64,000 nt of DNA from Lytechinus pictus. Taxonomy: Eukaryota. Both the position numbers and the translations under genes were made by a program. The notes beneath the pieces were generated by a model. That model did not search any database, was not told where the DNA came from, and saw nothing but the letters and a program-made list of their open reading frames with translations. The DNA is taken from NCBI RefSeq assembly GCF_037042905.1, contig NC_087248.1, positions 3,782,001-3,846,000 on the forward strand, written 5' to 3'. Of the stretch, positions 61,801 to 64,000 are shown one piece after another. Numbering within the stretch: the stretch's first letter is position 1; each line of letters starts with the position of its first letter.

Positions 61801-63760
61801 ATATAAAAATTTTCTGCTCGCGCTTTGTCCATTATTATGTCAACCATGTTATTTTTTTTCAAATTAGATGTTATTTGGTTGCCATGACAATGGCTTTTGA
61901 CGTCATTTGTATGTTAACAGCAAACATATCCATTCTTACCCTAAAATTAGGGGAAATGAAAGAAAAATCAGATTCTACAGTCCTTTTTCTAATAAAAACT
62001 GGTACTTTCTTGGGTAAATGAGCCGTTGCTATGGCAACCGGTCATTTGCAACATTGATATTTATCGTTGAATTCAAGTATTACCAAGGCAACATAAACGT
62101 TTATCATTCTAATTAGTTCATGCAGATCACTCACTGTATTATTTCCCCTAAATTGATTGAGTAGGTCAAACCTTTAATATGCATGTACATTAAGTGAATT
62201 TTCATTGTATTTTTCACCTGTCCATAACCTTGTCATCCATGGTTTTTTTTTAAATTAGATGTTATCTGGTTGCCATGGCAATGGCTTAAGATGTTATATT
62301 TATAAATTTAGTCACAAACATATCTCGATTAGTACCTTAAAATTATTGAAAGTGGAATGATGATCATACATGTATTCTACATTTTTATCAGTATTTTTAC
62401 CTTTCTAGAGGGAAATAAGCTGTTGCCATGGCAACGGACACTTTGCAATATTGTTTTTTTTTTAGTTTGATTCAAGCATTACCAAGGCAACATAATTTTT
62501 TATCTTTTTAAGAACTCCTGCAGAACACTTTCTGTATTTTTTGTTCAAATGAGGGGGTCAAAACTTAAGCATACAGATCAAGTCAATTCTTATTGTATTT
62601 TCCACCTTTCCATTGTCTTGTCAACCATGTTATTTTTGTAAATTAGATGTTATTGGGTTGCCATGGCAATGGCTTGAGATGTAATTGATATATTTAGCAA
62701 CCAAAATATCTTTGTTTAACACTATAAAATTAGGGAAAATTAGAGATAAATCATATTCTACAACGTTTTTTTAATCAAAAATTTCATTTTCCTGGGGAAA
62801 AACAAGCCGTTGCCATGGCAACGGACCAATTGGAACTATCTTGGTGATCTTGAATATTTCTAAATTTCATATGTATTCAATTGAAAGCCTGAAAATTATC
62901 ATTTTGGTCATCTATATCATGTTTATTTACCATTTACATGGGAATGTATGTTATTTTTGAGAAATTAATCCGTTGCCATGGCAACGGCCGAAAATGGCAT
63001 TCATAAATTTACCTCCCATCTTTAAAATAAATCTTACGGCATATACTAATACTTGTGAAAGTTTCATGCTTTAGTCAAAATTTGCACAATTGTTGTGATT
63101 TTTGGAGCTAATCCGCTCTACTAAAGATAATTTTCCCCCCTTTACCTGACAAAATAATGAATTATTTTTTTCAAATTTTTCATTGATAAAGTGTGACCTG
63201 TATTTTATAGATTGATGCCCTTTCTCATATTTTGAGTGATTTTTAATGTTTTTCATTCTTGTTTCTGATTGTAGGATATTTCTGTAAGGAGATTTCAACA
63301 GATTCATCATGTAGAAGAAACACTCATCAATAGACTTGGCTTGGAACATGAGTTAGAGGTAGGAGTCTATTGAAATCCATGTATTTCTTTTATTTAGTCT
63401 TTTAGGATAAGTTCACCAAACAAGTTGTAATTCATCTTGATACACACATGAAGGAGGTGCAAAGCTATTCAGAGAACTTTTTGGATCGCTACTTGAAAAA
63501 CTGACTACTGTATGTTCAGTATTAGTCATGTAGATCAAATTATGATTTTCTTTCTGCAAATCATGTGTCAAAATGATGAGTACCTGCTAGTGTACACCAA
63601 GTGAAAATAATAACACATTCTTTAAAAAGTTTTGACTCTTAATGAGTATGTTAAATAATGCTTGCAGATACATGTATTCTTATGTGATGACTTTAATTTT
63701 TGTATTTTTTCAGGGTCACAATGGATGTGTGAACTGTTTAGAATGGAATGAATCAGGATC
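55819..63760 (+). CDS. WDTC1: WD and tetratricopeptide repeats protein 1 (DCAF9/adipose), first three coding exons: join(55819..55872,63275..63358,63714..63760); continues off right edge
   Basis: MDTRPSSVLHHARRREIR|DISVRRFQQIHHVEETLINRLGLEHELE|GHNGCVNCLEWNESG matches the WDTC1 N-terminus as recalled (..RRLGLEAELQGHSGCVNCLEWNEKG). caccATGG Kozak context and canonical GT-AG junctions in phase. Confidence 0.93.
56479..57060. mobile_element. Kolobok-like non-autonomous element, TTAA TSD
   Basis: TTAA|agggatcgtttaactttgt ... acaaagtgaaatgatcact|TTAA. Confidence 0.75.
57252..63123. mobile_element. Academ-like non-autonomous foldback transposon with >1-kb TIRs
   Basis: AAG|tagtagagcggattagc ... 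gctaatccgctctacta|AAG (3-bp TSD, TAG termini). Arms 57252-~58410 and ~61947-63123 are nearly identical inverted copies built of ~390-bp subunits. Confidence 0.88.
60150..61845. mobile_element. Nested element of the ctcgcgcttcgcgctcg-repeat type inside the Academ-like element
   Basis: Same recurrent motif and purine-rich leader as 45607-46807; termini not resolved. Confidence 0.6.
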
Positions 63761-63859
63761 GTAAGTATTACAAAACATGAAATATTGACAGCTTTACCAA
63801 CATATCCTTGCATATTGAGGTCTTTTCAATACTTAAGTTACATCTTGAATATCTAATTT

Positions 63860-64000
63860 GGTCTCGCTTGCATAGCAGTGCGAGACTATAGGTGCCGCTT
63901 TTCCAACAGTGGCGGCGTCGTCAATATTGAAATTTTAACCAAGGTTAAGTTTTTAAATGTCATCATAACTTAGAAAGTATATGGACCTAGTTCATGAAAC
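63860..64000 (+). mobile_element. Start of a hairpin-terminal non-autonomous element (Crypton-V/HINE-like), truncated by window edge
   Basis: gtctcgc-N12-gcgagac hairpin followed by a gcggcgtcgtc tract. The family assignment is from pattern recall only. Confidence 0.4.

Overview
Eukaryotic, AT-rich, transposon-dense genomic DNA with four assembly gaps. The repeat style suggests a marine invertebrate deuterostome, probably a sea urchin (inference). The ORF track mostly misses the real genes because they are spliced. Four host genes were rebuilt by hand from splice sites and reading frames. (1) The first coding exon of REV3L (DNA polymerase zeta, minus strand, 372-510), preceded by a uORF; the gene runs off the left edge. 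(2) A complete six-exon caspase-3/7-like gene (minus, 12417-23475, 430 aa) with a long acidic prodomain. (3) A small three-coding-exon gene (minus, 38743-41325, 151 aa) for a secreted protein with one EGF domain and an unusual 'CEDGG..GSDCDDC' cysteine-rich module. (4) The first three coding exons of WDTC1/DCAF9 (plus, 55819-63760), running off the right edge. Mobile DNA includes a near full-length but inactivated CR1/L2-group LINE, tRNA-derived SINEs (one nested), a Penelope-like fragment with a hammerhead-like core, many MITEs, a 4-kb Sola2-like element and a 5.9-kb Academ-like foldback element carrying about two dozen RFX X-box-like palindromes. The best leads are the EGF+Cys-module secreted protein, a possible dual N-myristoylation switch on the caspase, apparent stop-codon readthrough in the LINE, and the X-box-array transposon. 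All are hypotheses needing the searches described.
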